From: Oikopleura dioica
Taxonomy: Eukaryota > Animalia > Chordata
Assembly: GCA_907165135.1 (NCBI GenBank)
Contig: OU015568.1
Location: forward strand, 9,610,001 to 9,674,000
Reading direction: 5' to 3'
DNA length: 64,000 nucleotides
Both the position numbers and the translations under genes were made by a program. Positions within the stretch are counted from its first letter, which is position 1. Every line of letters begins with the position of its first letter. Positions 1 to 13,018 of this stretch are shown piece by piece. The notes under the pieces were generated by a model that was not told the origin of the DNA, did not search any database, and worked only from the letters and a program-made list of their open reading frames with translations.

Positions 1-3000
1 TTTTTTATTGATTTTTTTTATAATCCGACGAGAAGACAAAAAATGAGCACGATCATATTTTGAAATTCTTTGTTCGCCTTTGCATCGAAATCACAGAAGT
101 TGACATGGATGCGCGAAATGATCTTGAGGACCAAGAGAACGACCCTGAATTGAATGGAGACTCGTACGCCATTGAGATTGTCTTGGAGACGCTTGCTTCA
201 ATGATGGTCGTCAGATCCGCTGTTATCAGATCCCGCTCTTGTGAGCTTACTGGTCTGCTTCTCACTGAGATCCCACAAGAATACGAGCTCACTCTTCCTG
301 TAAGTAAAGTAGCAGTCTTCCTCGTTTTCAATCGTTTCGCTGATTCGCTGATTCATTTTTAGCTGATTACAAATTTGACTGAATCGCTGATAGTCCGTGC
401 TAACGATACGAGTTCTCATGTCCGTCTTCTCGCCCTGGACGCCATGACCAGACTTCAAAATTTCAGAGATCGCGACTGTAAAGTAATGGCGCAGTACTTG
501 AAATCCATGCGATCAGAGCCAGTTGCGGAGAATCGCGCAATGGCTGTCAAGCGATGCTCGTTGAATAAAGAGACGTTGTTGGATACAATTGATAGATGTC
601 TCGATGTAGACGTGAATGTTCGAGCGGAAGCGTTGAAAAGATCGCTGGAAAAGTGAAACACCATGTATTGACCCCCGCACAAGTTCTTTCGCTCCTCAAG
701 CACGGACTTGAAGATGAAGAACAAGTTCGCCAAATTGTTGTATCTAGCCTTCTCCCTTCCTGGCTGGCACACATCAGAAAGAACGGCACTAAAAATGAAA
801 AAGGCAATTTAATCGACCTCGTCATCACCCTCGACCCATCATCGACTGACGCGAACTCATTGGAAACCGCTCGAGAGACGATTGAAGTAGTTTTCGATCA
901 ATGGTCGAATCTAGAGGACTTGATTCAACATTATTGCAAGGCGTCGGAGAGGTTGGTTACTTCTTCCATGCTGCCGAATGTCGACGGTGAGGGAGTTTTG
1001 GGCACAGCTGTAGCATTTACTTGGTATCATCTTATCCAGAGAGCAGTAAAATTAGGCGATGCCGAACAATACATGCCACAGGTATAGTTAGCAGCTCTGT
1101 CCGTTGTTACATAATATCTTAGTTTCCTGAGTATTGCGATCTAATTGAAGAACGCGCCGGAAAGATCATTTACATACGCGAGCAGCTAGAAGCTTTGATG
1201 TCCGAGAGTTCACAAGATTACACCGAAAATCCAGATTACTCTGACTTGCATGTCCAGCTAGAAGATCATCTGTTTGAGCTTAAATGGCTTATCAAAGCTG
1301 TGTCTTTTTTCGAAATCAGTCTTGATCCTATGAATCGTGAGAAGCTCAAAAGCCTGGTAACTTACATCGTCCTTCAGATGTCACCAGATGATCTGCAGGT
1401 ATGCAAAAGCTTATTTACTGTAACAGTTATTAAACTGTTTTTTCAGGCATTTTCTGAGAGTTTGGCGATTCTCGTGACAGAAGTAGCAAAAGCCGAGAAA
1501 CGGAAACGAAATGATATCGTGAAAGAGCTCGTCGAAGAGCTCCGAGAGCAGGGATCTGCACAGACCCAAGCAGCAACCAACGATGAAAGTCAGCCTTCGA
1601 GCACGCAAATAACTGAGGAACAGCTAGAAGAATTGAGAAACGAAATCGCAGATGTACAAATGAAGATCCACCAACTGCAGAGCGCACAACAAGATGCAAT
1701 TGAAGAGAAAAACTTTGCAGAAGCAAGTCGATTGGAGGAAGAAATGAAGCCATTCAAGGCGGACTTAGATGAGCTCAAAATTAGAAAGAATCAGACTAAA
1801 CGGCTTCCATCGACCATCAATGAGACAGCGGAAAATGAGGAGCATCGATTTACATACAGTTCTGCTACAAAGGTTATTATTTTGTTCTTTTACGCATTCC
1901 GTTAGGATTATTTAGGCTCTCATCGTACTAAACGGGCATATGTCGCGTTTGAAAAAGCTCGAACTTGGGCTTGATCAGTTCGTTAAAATTCTTGTCGTTC
2001 CTGTATTGATGAAGATTTCCATGAGCGAGATGACTGGAGAAAAGGTAAAATATGAAACCAAGGGTTTCAATGTTTTTGAGCGTCATTTTTTTAGCAACAA
2101 CCGATGCTTCTGCAAGAACAAGCGATCAAATTCCTCGGTCTTGTTTGCAGCATGAACTTGACTTTTGCCAAAGAATACTTTGCGATTTTGGTATTTATTG
2201 CTCAAAATGAAGTTGATAATGAGATTGTTCACTCTGCAACTCGTTGTGCGGCAATAAACTCAATAATTGACCTGTCACTTATCTACGATCGTGAGCTGAC
2301 GAAAGACCTGGATACAACGCAGTTAGATTCCATTCTTCAGTCGACGAAGAATGAGAGCACATGGGGAGATACAGTCATTAACGCATCCTCAGTGATTGAA
2401 GATGGTCCGCAGGTAGAGCCGTGTCCGTTGAATATGATTTCTAACAGAGTTTTAGGCAACCTGTGCTAAATTGCTCGTCAGAGTTCTACGAGAAAGAAGA
2501 GATGAAGTAAACAAGGACGCTCAGGAAATCGCCATCGACGGGCTGGTATCCCTTCAGTTGGCTCATAGAACACCGTCTGCTGCTCTCCAGCTTCAAGTTC
2601 TCCTGCACATTTGCAGCAAAGAGTACCATGGACATGATATGGCAGATTATCGAAAAGCGATGATGCGAATTGTTCTGAACGAAGAAGGTAACTGCTCGAT
2701 AGTCTTCCTTGATGTCACTGTTTGATATTTTAGCCTTCAAAATGCTCGAATCCACACTGCGCCTTGGTATCCGACACATCATTGCTAACCAAGACAATCT
2801 CGCGGACCTTGATGGAGCTAGTGCTGAACGTCTTCTTCCTCTGATCTTTACTCTCGCGAATCCCGAGGCCTTCCACAAGGCATCAGATGAGCGAATGAAG
2901 AATCAGATCGTTGACGTCGTAAGAGTCCCCTTACGCCTATCTCTCGTCATTCTCGAAACTGTCAAGGAGCACATGGGCTTGCTTAGCGTCACTTGGGTAC

Positions 3001-3716
3001 TTCTGAAGCTTTGCAAGAAACTTGATATCACGATGCCGGTTCAACTTATTTGTAACGAAGAAAAGGTAGTCATTCGAATTTTTAACCAACATAAAACCAG
3101 TTTTTAGTTTGAGGAGACTCTTCCATTGAGGGAGGACATCTACCGAATCATCGAGGCGCTAGAAGAACTAGAACCTCTCATCAAAGAGCGACATGCGAAA
3201 GATGCGGTTCGAGATCTCCTTCGTAATTTCCAAAAGCAGGTGCAAGTTATTGTTGCAGTCGAGCAAAGAATAGAAGTAATGAAACAGGAAGAGCAGGAAA
3301 AGAAAGAAAAGGCTGAAAAAGCTGAAAAGAAACGAAAGTCGAAGGGTAAGAAAAAGTCGCTTGAGAGTGTCCCCGAAGAAGAACTCGAAGAAGGAATCGA
3401 GCAAATCAATTTGTCGCCGGATTCTAGCCAGGAGCCAGAGCCAGCTGATCTTGAGGCTAGTTCTAGCGGCGCCGAACTGCCAATTCCAGCAAAGAAGGCA
3501 AAGAAAACTCCGGCAAAGAAGGCTCGATCTTCCCGCGCTAAAAGTGGCCCGGCATCGTCTCAATCCGCCAATGAGCAATCCGGCAATGAGATGGAGCCGC
3601 CAGAGGTAAAAAATCTAAAGACAAGGAAGAGAATTTCAAACATATTTTCAGATAATTCCCAAGGAACGACGAGGTTCAAGACGATCGAAGCGCACTTCGG
3701 GCAAGAGAAAGCCTGA
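1..3716 (+). CDS. NCAPG: Condensin I HEAT subunit CAP-G, multi-exon, 5' end outside window; apparent 1-nt frameshift near 636
   Basis: Exon translations follow CAP-G in order: LIVRANDTSSHVRLLALDAMTRLQ, TIDRCLDVDVNVRAEAL, QVLSLLKHGLEDEEQVRQ, a coiled-coil insert (QDAIEEKNFAEASRLEEE), RCAAINSIIDLSLIY, and a basic low-complexity tail. Short GT-AG introns (e.g. 1385-1432 region). Confidence 0.88.
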
Positions 3717-3847
3717 CTCACAAGAAAGTTCTTGAAAGATCACTGTTCACATTTACACTGCCGTATTTACTCACCACATTCCACATTATTTCGGCTGTCA
3801 TCACTCCCACATGAATCTCAAAGTCGAAGTCTGTACCTTTTTTAGAC

Positions 3848-5845
3848 ATGTCTTGGTACAAATGTTTCTATAAAATTGGGCTGCACGAGTCGGAACGTAT
3901 TCTACTGGAAGTCGGTGGAGACGGATCATTTCTAGTGCGCCCGTCATCGTCGACTCAAGGGCAAAATACTTTGTCGTATCGAAGTGGAAATGAAGTTTCG
4001 CACATTCGAATCGGCTGGAATGGAGACTCGTATGGTTCTTGTTGAATAAATGAATGTAATGCGAATGAATTTCCTTTTTAGAATTTTCTGATTCTGTTGG
4101 AGAAAGATTCGCGACGATTGACGATTTGATCGAACACTATCTTGAGAATAAAATCCATCCTCGAAATGGACACGAAGTCCAACTCAGAAGCCCCCTTCGT
4201 CTTGACTCGCAGCCGCCTTCGAGTGAACTCTGGTATCACGGGACATTGCTGGGCGGAGACGCTGAACAACTATTAATTGACCAGCCGGACTCGTCGTTTC
4301 TCGTGCGTGAGAGTAGGACAAGTCTGGGCAACTACGCTCTTACAGTGAAAGTGAATAATAGAGTGAAACATATTAAAATCTATGCCGAAGGAAACCCAAG
4401 GAGATTTCACTTAGAGAGCGATCAGCAAGTCTTTGTTTGCCTCGAAGATCTAGTAAGGTATAAATCGAACAAAAGAGCGTATTGTATGAAGAACTTTCAA
4501 GGCACTACCGAGGCGGCCTAGTCGACTCCCAAAGTGAATTCATATGCACAAAGCATCCGATAAATAGAAGCTCCATTCCAGCAAATGATCTCGAAAGATG
4601 GCTCATCCGCAATCAGCAACGCCACGGCCACGAAAAAGAGTGGGAAGAACTTACACAGCATGAAACCAGCATGAAACTGCGGGAGAATATCGCAGTCGCG
4701 AGACAGCCAGAAAACATTCCTAAAAATCGGTACAAAAATATTTTACCGTACGACAGTTATCGGGTCATTCTAGGTGAGCTCTTCAATTTCAACAAATATA
4801 CTAAATGTTCTCTTCAGAAAAGCCACACCAAAGAACGAGCACCTTCAGACCTACAGATTACATAAATGGCAGTAAAGTCAGCCACTTTGACGAAGAAATC
4901 GGCAAGCAAAAAGGGAAAAGCTATATTTCAACCCAAGGTCCTTTGCCGAACACTGTCGAGGATTTCTGGTTCATGGTCATGCAAGAAAAATCATCAGCAA
5001 TTCTTATGATCGCAAATGAAGTCGAAAAGGAGCGCAAAAAGTGCGAGAAGTACTGGCCAGATAATGTGTACGCAATAAACTGCTGATAAATGTACTTGAA
5101 TATTTTCTTAGTAACGAGACAAAAATCTGGGGAAACGCGAAAGTAACTCTTTTGTCCGCTCGTCAGCCCGATCCAGCGTTTTGGGAACGGTTACTCCGCG
5201 TTGAGATCAATGGAAAAGCTCATCACGTGGTCCAATTCCAGTTCATCCTCTGGCCCGATTTCAGTACGCCCGATGATAGAAACATCGAGCAAGTATTACA
5301 ATACTTGGCCAGAGTTAAACAAATAACGAGAGAGGGCAACTACAATGGAGTGCCACTCAATACGGTCAGACTCTCTTCCTTGATTGCAATTTATTTAGTA
5401 GTTAATTAAATTAAAGCAATAAAATCGCTCAGAGTAGCTTATGATACAGAAACTTATTTTCAGGCTCGTTTTTGATCCATCGATTGAGCTCCGTAATTAA
5501 GTGAATCCTCCTATTAATCCGGCAGTAATCCAAATTTGAATAAGTAATAACCTAATAGTTCAGAGAGCACCAACTGTTGTCCACTGTTCGGCTGGGATTG
5601 GACGCTCGGGCGCAGTGATGGTGATCGATATGATATCAGATCAGCTAGAGTTTTACCAAGGAGATATAACCATTGACATCAAGAAGACAGTCACACATTG
5701 CCGCAAGCACCGTCACGGGATGGTACAAACCATCGAGCAATATAAATTCATAGCAAAAAGTACGCCACCTTTTTTACAAGAGGAGCATTTTGAAATTTAA
5801 ATTCTAGCGATCGCGAGAAAGTCCAAAGAATTCACTCGAAGATGA
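3848..5845 (+). CDS. PTPN11: SH2-SH2-PTP tyrosine phosphatase (SHP2/SHP1/corkscrew family), multi-exon
   Basis: Two SH2 domains (GSFLVRPS, SSFLVRES), KNRYKNILPYD, DYING, YISTQGPL, WPD loop (WPDFS), catalytic VHCSAGIGRSG, Q-loop MVQTIEQYKF. Stop TGA at 5843-5845. Confidence 0.9.
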
Positions 5846-6125
5846 TCAAAAAATGAAAAACATGAATCACGCCAATTCTACTTCAACAAGCTTTCCTTCA
5901 AAAATCAACCTGTTCAAACCAAAGTCGACTAAAAACTTACTACTGCTCCAAATCCTTAATCCGCTAATTTTCCTTCCTTTTTTTCTTTTACATGATTCTT
6001 ATTCCTGTTCCCAAGTTTTCGGAAAAAACGATACTTGGAAATTCTACTTCAACTTTCAATTAAAAATTGATGATTTCTTTTTTTACAAAATTCTTTTCTT
6101 CTAGTTGATTCGGAATAGCGAAATC

Positions 6126-8731
6126 ATGGGTGAGGTGACAGAAATGCTCAAGCAGATTTCCTTCCTCGAGCGGGAGAAAAATGAAGCTGTTCTTGGTAAG
6201 CCACAGTTTGGAGTTTATCTTCCTTGATTGCGGCTTTTGTTATGCGAAATTGAATCAAATTTTAGGAATGGAACAAGCAGCAGAACACGGTCTCCTCCTG
6301 CTTCAACAAAAGTCCCAACTTCAACGCGATCTAGCCCAGGCAAATGAGCTGAACGGCAAAGCACTCATGGAAAACGAGGAGCTTCGAGCCGAGCTTGAAT
6401 TGAAAAACGCAGAGCTGGAGCAAATTCTCGAATCAGCGCACGACAACCGTAGGAATCAGATGCTCACTTCGATCGTCAACGAAGAGACGCTGCTTCAGGG
6501 GACGATGGCGCTGGAAGACAAGCTCCAAAACGAGTTGAAAAGGGCGAGGGATGAACTCTCAACCGCGCGGCAGCAGAATCATAATGATCGACAAGGTAAT
6601 AATTTCTCCCATTGCTGAAATTTAAAACACTGAATCAGAGGTAGAAAGACTGACAAAAGTCAACAACATCCTCAACTCTGACCTCGAGCGACTGGAAGCC
6701 AAAGTCGATCCTCTCGTGAAGGCGCAAAAAGAAGCGAAAGAGGCGGAGAAACGGCTCATTTCGGATTTCAACGAAATAGAAGAAGAAAACTGCCAGCTGC
6801 AGCGAAGCCTTGTTTATTACAAGGAGCAACAGTTGGCGGTTGACGAGCTTCAACATGCAATTGCCAGGCTTGAGGAGGACTCGAGCTTTTGGAAAGCAAA
6901 GTCGGAAGAGGAAGAATCAATCAAAAATGGTCCCGCAGAATTTATTAATCAATAATTGATAAAATTTGATTCTAGTGCTCCAATCTCAGCTTGAAGAGTG
7001 TCTTACGAGTCTGGAAAGAGAGAGGGAAGAAAAAATGGCCCTGAGGAGAGAGCTCAATGAAATTAATATTCCGTCTCCAAAGAGGTCATTTATTTGTGGC
7101 ATTAATGAGTTTAAGTTTTGCTTAAGAAATCATCTCTTGAATCCTGAAAATGTCATGCTTCCGGATAGTCCCGGTAAAGACGGAGATCAACAGCGAATGA
7201 GCGACAAGATCCGTAAGTTGATTATCGTGTTATTATCCATTTAGTCGGTTGATTTATTAAATCTATTATAATCAGAGCGAGTTGAAATCGAAAAAGAATG
7301 TTTACTGCGCGAGCTGGAAAACTCCTCAGAAATGGATATGATCAGGTTTGTTATTTTGATGTTGGCGGGTTATGCTAATTAACCTGATTCAGGCAACGGG
7401 CCCAAGGTGAACTCGAACGCTTGAAACGGGAAAACTCTCGATTGTCGGGGAGGATCGCGCAACTCGAGCAAGACCAGCATGAAAATCGAAAGCAACAAGC
7501 GACAGCTGATCACTTTGAAAATCGCCTCTCAGATCTCCAGAAACAATTCAATGTCGAAAAAGAAAGGGCGGATAATAATGACAAGGATGTCCTCAAAGCT
7601 AGGGATCATGTAAGTCGGCATTCTTACACAAGTCAGTTTTTTATCGATTTTTTGTCTGTAGGCATGCTCTACCTGTAATTTTTCCTTCGCGAAAGTAAGA
7701 TTTAGCTTTTTGTACTTGTACTTATCTAGGGTGGGAAAGAACATTTGATTGGTCAAAAATCAGCTAGGAAATTCCCCCACTCTAGTTTTGATGTTAACAT
7801 TTAGCTCTTATTCGATTTCGTATCTATTTATTTCCACTCTTCTCTCTCCTTTACGGATTCATTTTAGCTCGCTTCCGTATCGGAACAAATCGCGTCAATG
7901 TACCATCTACTCTGTCTCTCAAAGGGAACAGTTCCTGAACGAATTCTTCTCCGCCGAACTGTGCAAAATTGCAACCAGACACTGAACAAAAACGGCGCAG
8001 AAGAAAAATCGGCCGAAGATATGCCTAAAGATGCCCCCAAAGTTGAGGATGAAAAACAGACTCAATTGAAATCGCCCTCAACAGTCGAATCTATCGCTGA
8101 AGTAAGTAACAAATCAAGAGAACGAATTAAGTGGATATTTTCAGACGCTGAATGAACAAGTCCGACTTATAAAGTCGACGATCAACGATCAAATGAACGA
8201 TTCGAAGTCTTCCAGCAGCTCGGACAAGGAAAACGCAGCGCCAGACGAGACCGAAGCCGACCGCGATTCGGAGGTCATCGGCCTAAAAGCGCTCATTTCA
8301 TCGAAAAACGAACGAATCGCCACTTTGCGAACTGTACTCAAAGCGAACAAAACTACTGCCGAATCAGGTACAAAAACTCATATTTTGCTTAACTTCTTAA
8401 CTTTTTAGCGCTTGCATCACTGCGTCAAAAATACGATGACGAGCGAGAAATGGTCAACGAAACAATGGCGAAGCTTCGAAGCGAACTTCGCACACTAAAA
8501 GAAGACGCAGCCGTCTTTGCTTCGCTGCGCTCCGTCTTCTCCGCCCGCTGCGACGAATACGTCCTCCAGCTCGACGAGCTAACCCGACAGCTCAAGGCGG
8601 CGGAGGAAGAAAAGAAAACGCTCAATCGATTGCTCAGAATGGCGATTGAGCAAAAACTCGCTCTGACGCAGCAACTGGACGATATTAACTTTGAAGTTGA
8701 AACGCTGCGAAATTCTAGTACAAAAAGATGA
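6126..8731 (+). CDS. BICD: Bicaudal-D dynein adaptor, multi-exon
   Basis: N-terminal [14 protein letters not shown] (CC1 box), MYHLLC motif, and the conserved C-terminus [18 protein letters not shown]...[25 protein letters not shown]...[16 protein letters not shown]. Confidence 0.93.
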
Positions 8732-10325
8732 GAAGTTCTTCCAAAAGTATCCTCGAAAATAAAACAACCGAACAGGGCTGATGCTGCCTATCAACAAAAA
8801 TATAAAATTACACTATCGCAGTTTGAAAAATGAAACTATCAGCAAAAATGGACGAAGATAGATCTTTTGCCGAGTCGTAAAATGCTCAAGATGAAGAACT
8901 CTGGCCCCTCAAAGGAACCTTTCTTTAGTCACTTTACCTATCTACTATTTACTATTTATGTCTGTACACTTCTGACAGTACTACCTGTAGTACTGGGCTG
9001 AAAACAATCATGATCAAAATGAAATGCTCGCTGAAATGAAGCTTATGCCATGAATTTGCCAGGTTGTTGTTTCTTCTAACTTTGCTAATTTTCGAAATTG
9101 TATTTTAAATAACCCTAGCCACAATTTCTCAGTTGTCAATTGTCGCGGCGCTAACAATCGATTATCCGTATCATCATCAAAAAATATTTCCATCATCCAC
9201 TTATTAACTCTTCAACTTACCAAGTCCTCTAACTAACTCCGAACAAATTCTATCTATCTCTCTCTTATTTTATTTGAAAACTCGAAAATTTGCATGCTCG
9301 AACTCACAAAAAACACCTCTGAAAATAATACTATCTACCTGAATATGAATATAATATTATATTATTATATCGTATAATATAAATTATATAGAACGTATCT
9401 TTATACAACCCAATTTCATAGAACTCAAAAGGTTTCGACTCCATTTTTTTTCTCTCTCTCTCTTTGACATTCCAATCTTGCCTGTCCATAATTTTCCTCC
9501 AAACAGAACTAGAGGATGCTCAAGCTCCCGTAAATAAACTATATGTATGCAAAAAAATAAGAATGAGTTTCTGTAGTCAAATCAAATCTACAGAGCTCTC
9601 CTTCTCTTCTTGTAATTTGCAAAAGCAGTTGACCCAAAAATTGTAAGAGAATCCATTGAAGACGATAAAGAGCATCTTCAGCAGAAGAAAAGTTCAAATC
9701 AAGCGTATATTTCTAATATTGAGCATATCCGGCTCTTACTCCGGAATTCCTAATACTTTCCTTATTTGTTGCCGCGAAGCTGGAATTTAGTACCGTCATC
9801 GAAAATTGCCCGTTTTATGTGATTTGCGGAAGGATTCGCTGAACTTGAAGCAGCGCTCGTTTTTGTCACCTATGCAAAAAAATATTTCAGCGAATGTTCC
9901 TTTGTTAGGAATCTTGTATTTTCTCAGCAGCTTCTTGACGGTTACTACATAATTATTTTTATGTAAATTTGGCCGCTCTTAAATATTTCTTTAAAAACCT
10001 TCATATATTTTCCTTTTGTTTACGGCCTCGCCCAACGAACAACCGCTAATAAATGCTTCTTGTAGTTTTCATATGCAGGTGCTAGCTTATAAAAAAAAAC
10101 GAGAAAAACCTGAGAATTTTAATCGGGTTCTCTCAAATTTCGAACATTGAGCTCTTTATCGGCAGATCTTAGGTAGAATGCACTGGGTTTCATACGGCAT
10201 TCTAGTGGTCTGATCTATTTTAAAGAATCGGCTGATTAGAATTCCTTATCGAAATTTGCCAAAATTTCAGTTTTAGAACCAGATCTTCTAGTAGTTAGAC
10301 TTCGTTTTTACCATGTATAAAGATC

Positions 10326-11010
10326 GGATACACGACGTTTTCCTCAAACCGACGTTTTCCTCAACCGACGTTTTCGTTAAACCGACGTTCTCCTCAATGA
10401 TCAGAACGTCGGTTTGATCAAAACGTCGGCTTAATGAAAACGTCGGTTTTCCCTAAAAATGCGGGGGCAATCAGAGCGAATGAGATGAGGCTCTTTTTGG
10501 ATAAAAAACCGGACGTCTTTCTTAAACCGACATTTTCCTTAAATTGTAAACTTTTAAAATCATAACGAAATTAATTATTTATAAAAAGAAAAAGTAAAAA
10601 AAAAATAAAATATCATTTAAAGCCGATATATTTATCAGACAAACATGAGTCTACATAATATATGCAGTAAAAATGATATTCTTACATTTTATCCGACGGT
10701 CTTGTATATTTTTTAAAAAGATACATTTAAATTGTTTTAGTTCATTAAATGAAAATTTTCAGTATTCAATACTTTTACTCTTCATAATTTAAAATTATAA
10801 GCTTAATGAAAACGTCGGTTTAACGAAAACGTCGGTTTTCAAACTAAGTCTTAGCCAAATTCAAGGCGCCCACGCATTTTTCGGGAAAACCGACGTTTTC
10901 ATTAAGCCGACGTTCTGATCAAACCGACGTTCAGATCATTGAGGAGAACGTCGGTTTAACGAAAACGTCGGTTGAGGAAAACGTCGGTTTGAGGAAAACG
11001 TCGTGTATCC
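10326..11010. mobile_element. Non-autonomous foldback/MULE-like MITE (685 bp) with ~135-bp TIRs and 9-bp TSD
   Basis: Starts GGATACACGACGTTTTCCTC and ends GAGGAAAACGTCGTGTATCC. Arms are built of repeated (A)AACCGACGTTTT units. Exact direct repeat ATAAAGATC at 10317-10325 and 11011-11019. AT-rich non-coding core. Confidence 0.9.
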
Positions 11011-12311
11011 ATAAAGATCGTCGTCAGTATTTGTTGTTGGTTCATAGATTAATTATTGTTCTTAGAAGGTTTTCTTCAGTTACTGTGTTTTGACTCAATA
11101 TCTCACAGACAGTCGGTCTAATAAACAAAAATTCAAACTGGTCGTACTTATTTATTCGATAAAAACAACCTGTTCACCAATACAGCTGGCCCAATCAAAT
11201 GATATTTACAAATGGAGTCCTTCAATTTGACAGTCTATGTAGAATTGTCAATTGACTTGGAGACTTATGTTAATCCACGAAATCAGGAGTATTGTTTTGA
11301 AGAAACACACTTGAAAGTGACTGAGTTCTGGAAACCGCTTTTAATTTGCGAAGTATGATGCTACAAAAAAGGATTTGCTAGCCTCCCCGTTATGGGGAAA
11401 ACAAGAGTCATGCTTACGCTGCTCGGTAGGTCATCTCGAGGATCGGGACCGTTAGCGCGGTAGGTGGCGCCGCGCGGTACCTTTATAAAAATGAAAAAAG
11501 CGATAAGGTCAAGCGAATAAAATACCGTTCAAATATTGAGCACTTTTTGATTTTTTGAAAAATGAAGATCTCCATGGCACTTATCATTTGTAAGTAGAGA
11601 GAGAAAGAAATTTATGTTTCAAGAAAAAAGTACAACAGATTCGAAAGACGCTAAGATACTAGTACTTCGATATTAGTAATAGCTTATATCTAGTAGGAAT
11701 TTTTGCACATGAAGGTACCATCTTCTTGGTTTAAACTTTAAACTTTAAAGTCTAATTCAAGAAAGCACAGTAGAATGATGGAACCTCTCTTGAGTATCCG
11801 ATCATTTTTTGGCTTCTTGCTAGAGCTGAGTACGATTTCACAATTATATTTTGGCATTATTAGTTTGATATTTTGTCTAAATAATAGCTCAAGTTTTCCT
11901 CAATAAAAAATGACCCTAACTATACTTATTTCTTTATTTTTCATGAGACCTTCTAATATTTTTTCATATTATTCGGAAGCAGGTACAAATTGATGGAAAT
12001 AAGCGTCTCCATTTCTACGTGCTCCGTTTTTCTTATAATCGAGTTCATTATTCGGATAACAATATGTTTTAAGATATAACTCATATAAGAAATGAGACAT
12101 AAGTTATGATTTACATCAAAAGTCCTTTGTATGTAAATATCTCCTTCTAAAATATGTTTTTCTATTTCAAAGTTAAATATTATTATTGAAAGTCAAAGCG
12201 GGCGCAGCAGCAGTTTGTAGCCAAAACAAGTTAAATTTTCGATTATTCAGTAAACTAGCAAATTAGATCTGTTTGACCGTATTTTACCAACAATAACGTT
12301 GCTTCTGAAAG

Positions 12312-13018
12312 GTGATCGGAACCTTTCGGAGTTCCTGCTCTCGCCACTTCCTGGCTCAGATCCATTTTAAGCCGCGGCTGAAATCCGACGTGGCTCGAAG
12401 CTTTAGACCGCTCCTTTTAGAGTTTCTCGGAGATTTAACTGTATTTATCCTTCTAGCTGCTGTTGCTTCAAACGGATGTTCATTCGAGCAACTCAAAACC
12501 GATGCCGGTTTTTACGAATTGGTCGGCTGCCATATGGAGGGAGACAAGAAGAACAAACTCCAGACTGCGAACGAAAATCTTCCTGGAGTCTTCAGGTAAA
12601 AAAGCGGGTTATTGAGCCGACACCCTTAATTTACATTTTTCAATCAATCTCGATCTCAATGAAGAATGCTCGGCCATCTTTTCAACCCTTTTCAGAACTA
12701 TTGATGACCACGCGCTGTACCCAGAAGGGTTCCCTCAAGGAGGACAATGCGTCAAAGTCCGATGTCCGGGTAAACCAAGTGTTTACACTTCTGAACGGAT
12801 CGGATGCTACGAGGGCGAATGGATGCCACTTCTTCACACTCCTGGAATTGGATACGTTCCACAATTCAATGTTGAAGGCATTGGTTGATAAATTTGCAGA
12901 ACAAAAATTTTTTAAAGAACCAATTCTTGTCAACCATAGAAGTGATCTTCCCTTCCTGCGATTTCAGCGACGATGGAAAGCTCTGAAGATTGATGTTCTT
13001 CAAGTCCAAAATCATTAA
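12312..13018 (+). CDS. Hypothetical protein, probably two exons, no recognised family
   Basis: Two overlapping open frames joined by a plausible intron (cag|gtaaaa...tttcag) in a locally GC-richer block. Confidence 0.35.

Larger units (their letters stand above)
1..8731 (+). other. Candidate SL-trans-spliced operon NCAPG-PTPN11-BICD
   Basis: Three co-oriented housekeeping genes with gaps of about 130 and 280 bp; an unpaired acceptor (tttttag|acATG) lies just before the PTPN11 start. Operon status is inferred. Confidence 0.5.

Noticed and set aside
7651-7675. 13-nt microexon in BICD (tag|gcatgctctacct|gt)
   Set aside because: It would shift the frame; skipping it gives a gap-free BICD alignment (ARDH|LASVSEQIA).
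8976-8995. Hairpin CAGTACTAC-CT-GTAGTACTG in the BICD 3' region
   Set aside because: Short and isolated; compatible with chance.
10326-11010. CRISPR-like repeat array
   Set aside because: No unique spacers; the repeats are mirrored TIR modules with a TSD in eukaryotic DNA.
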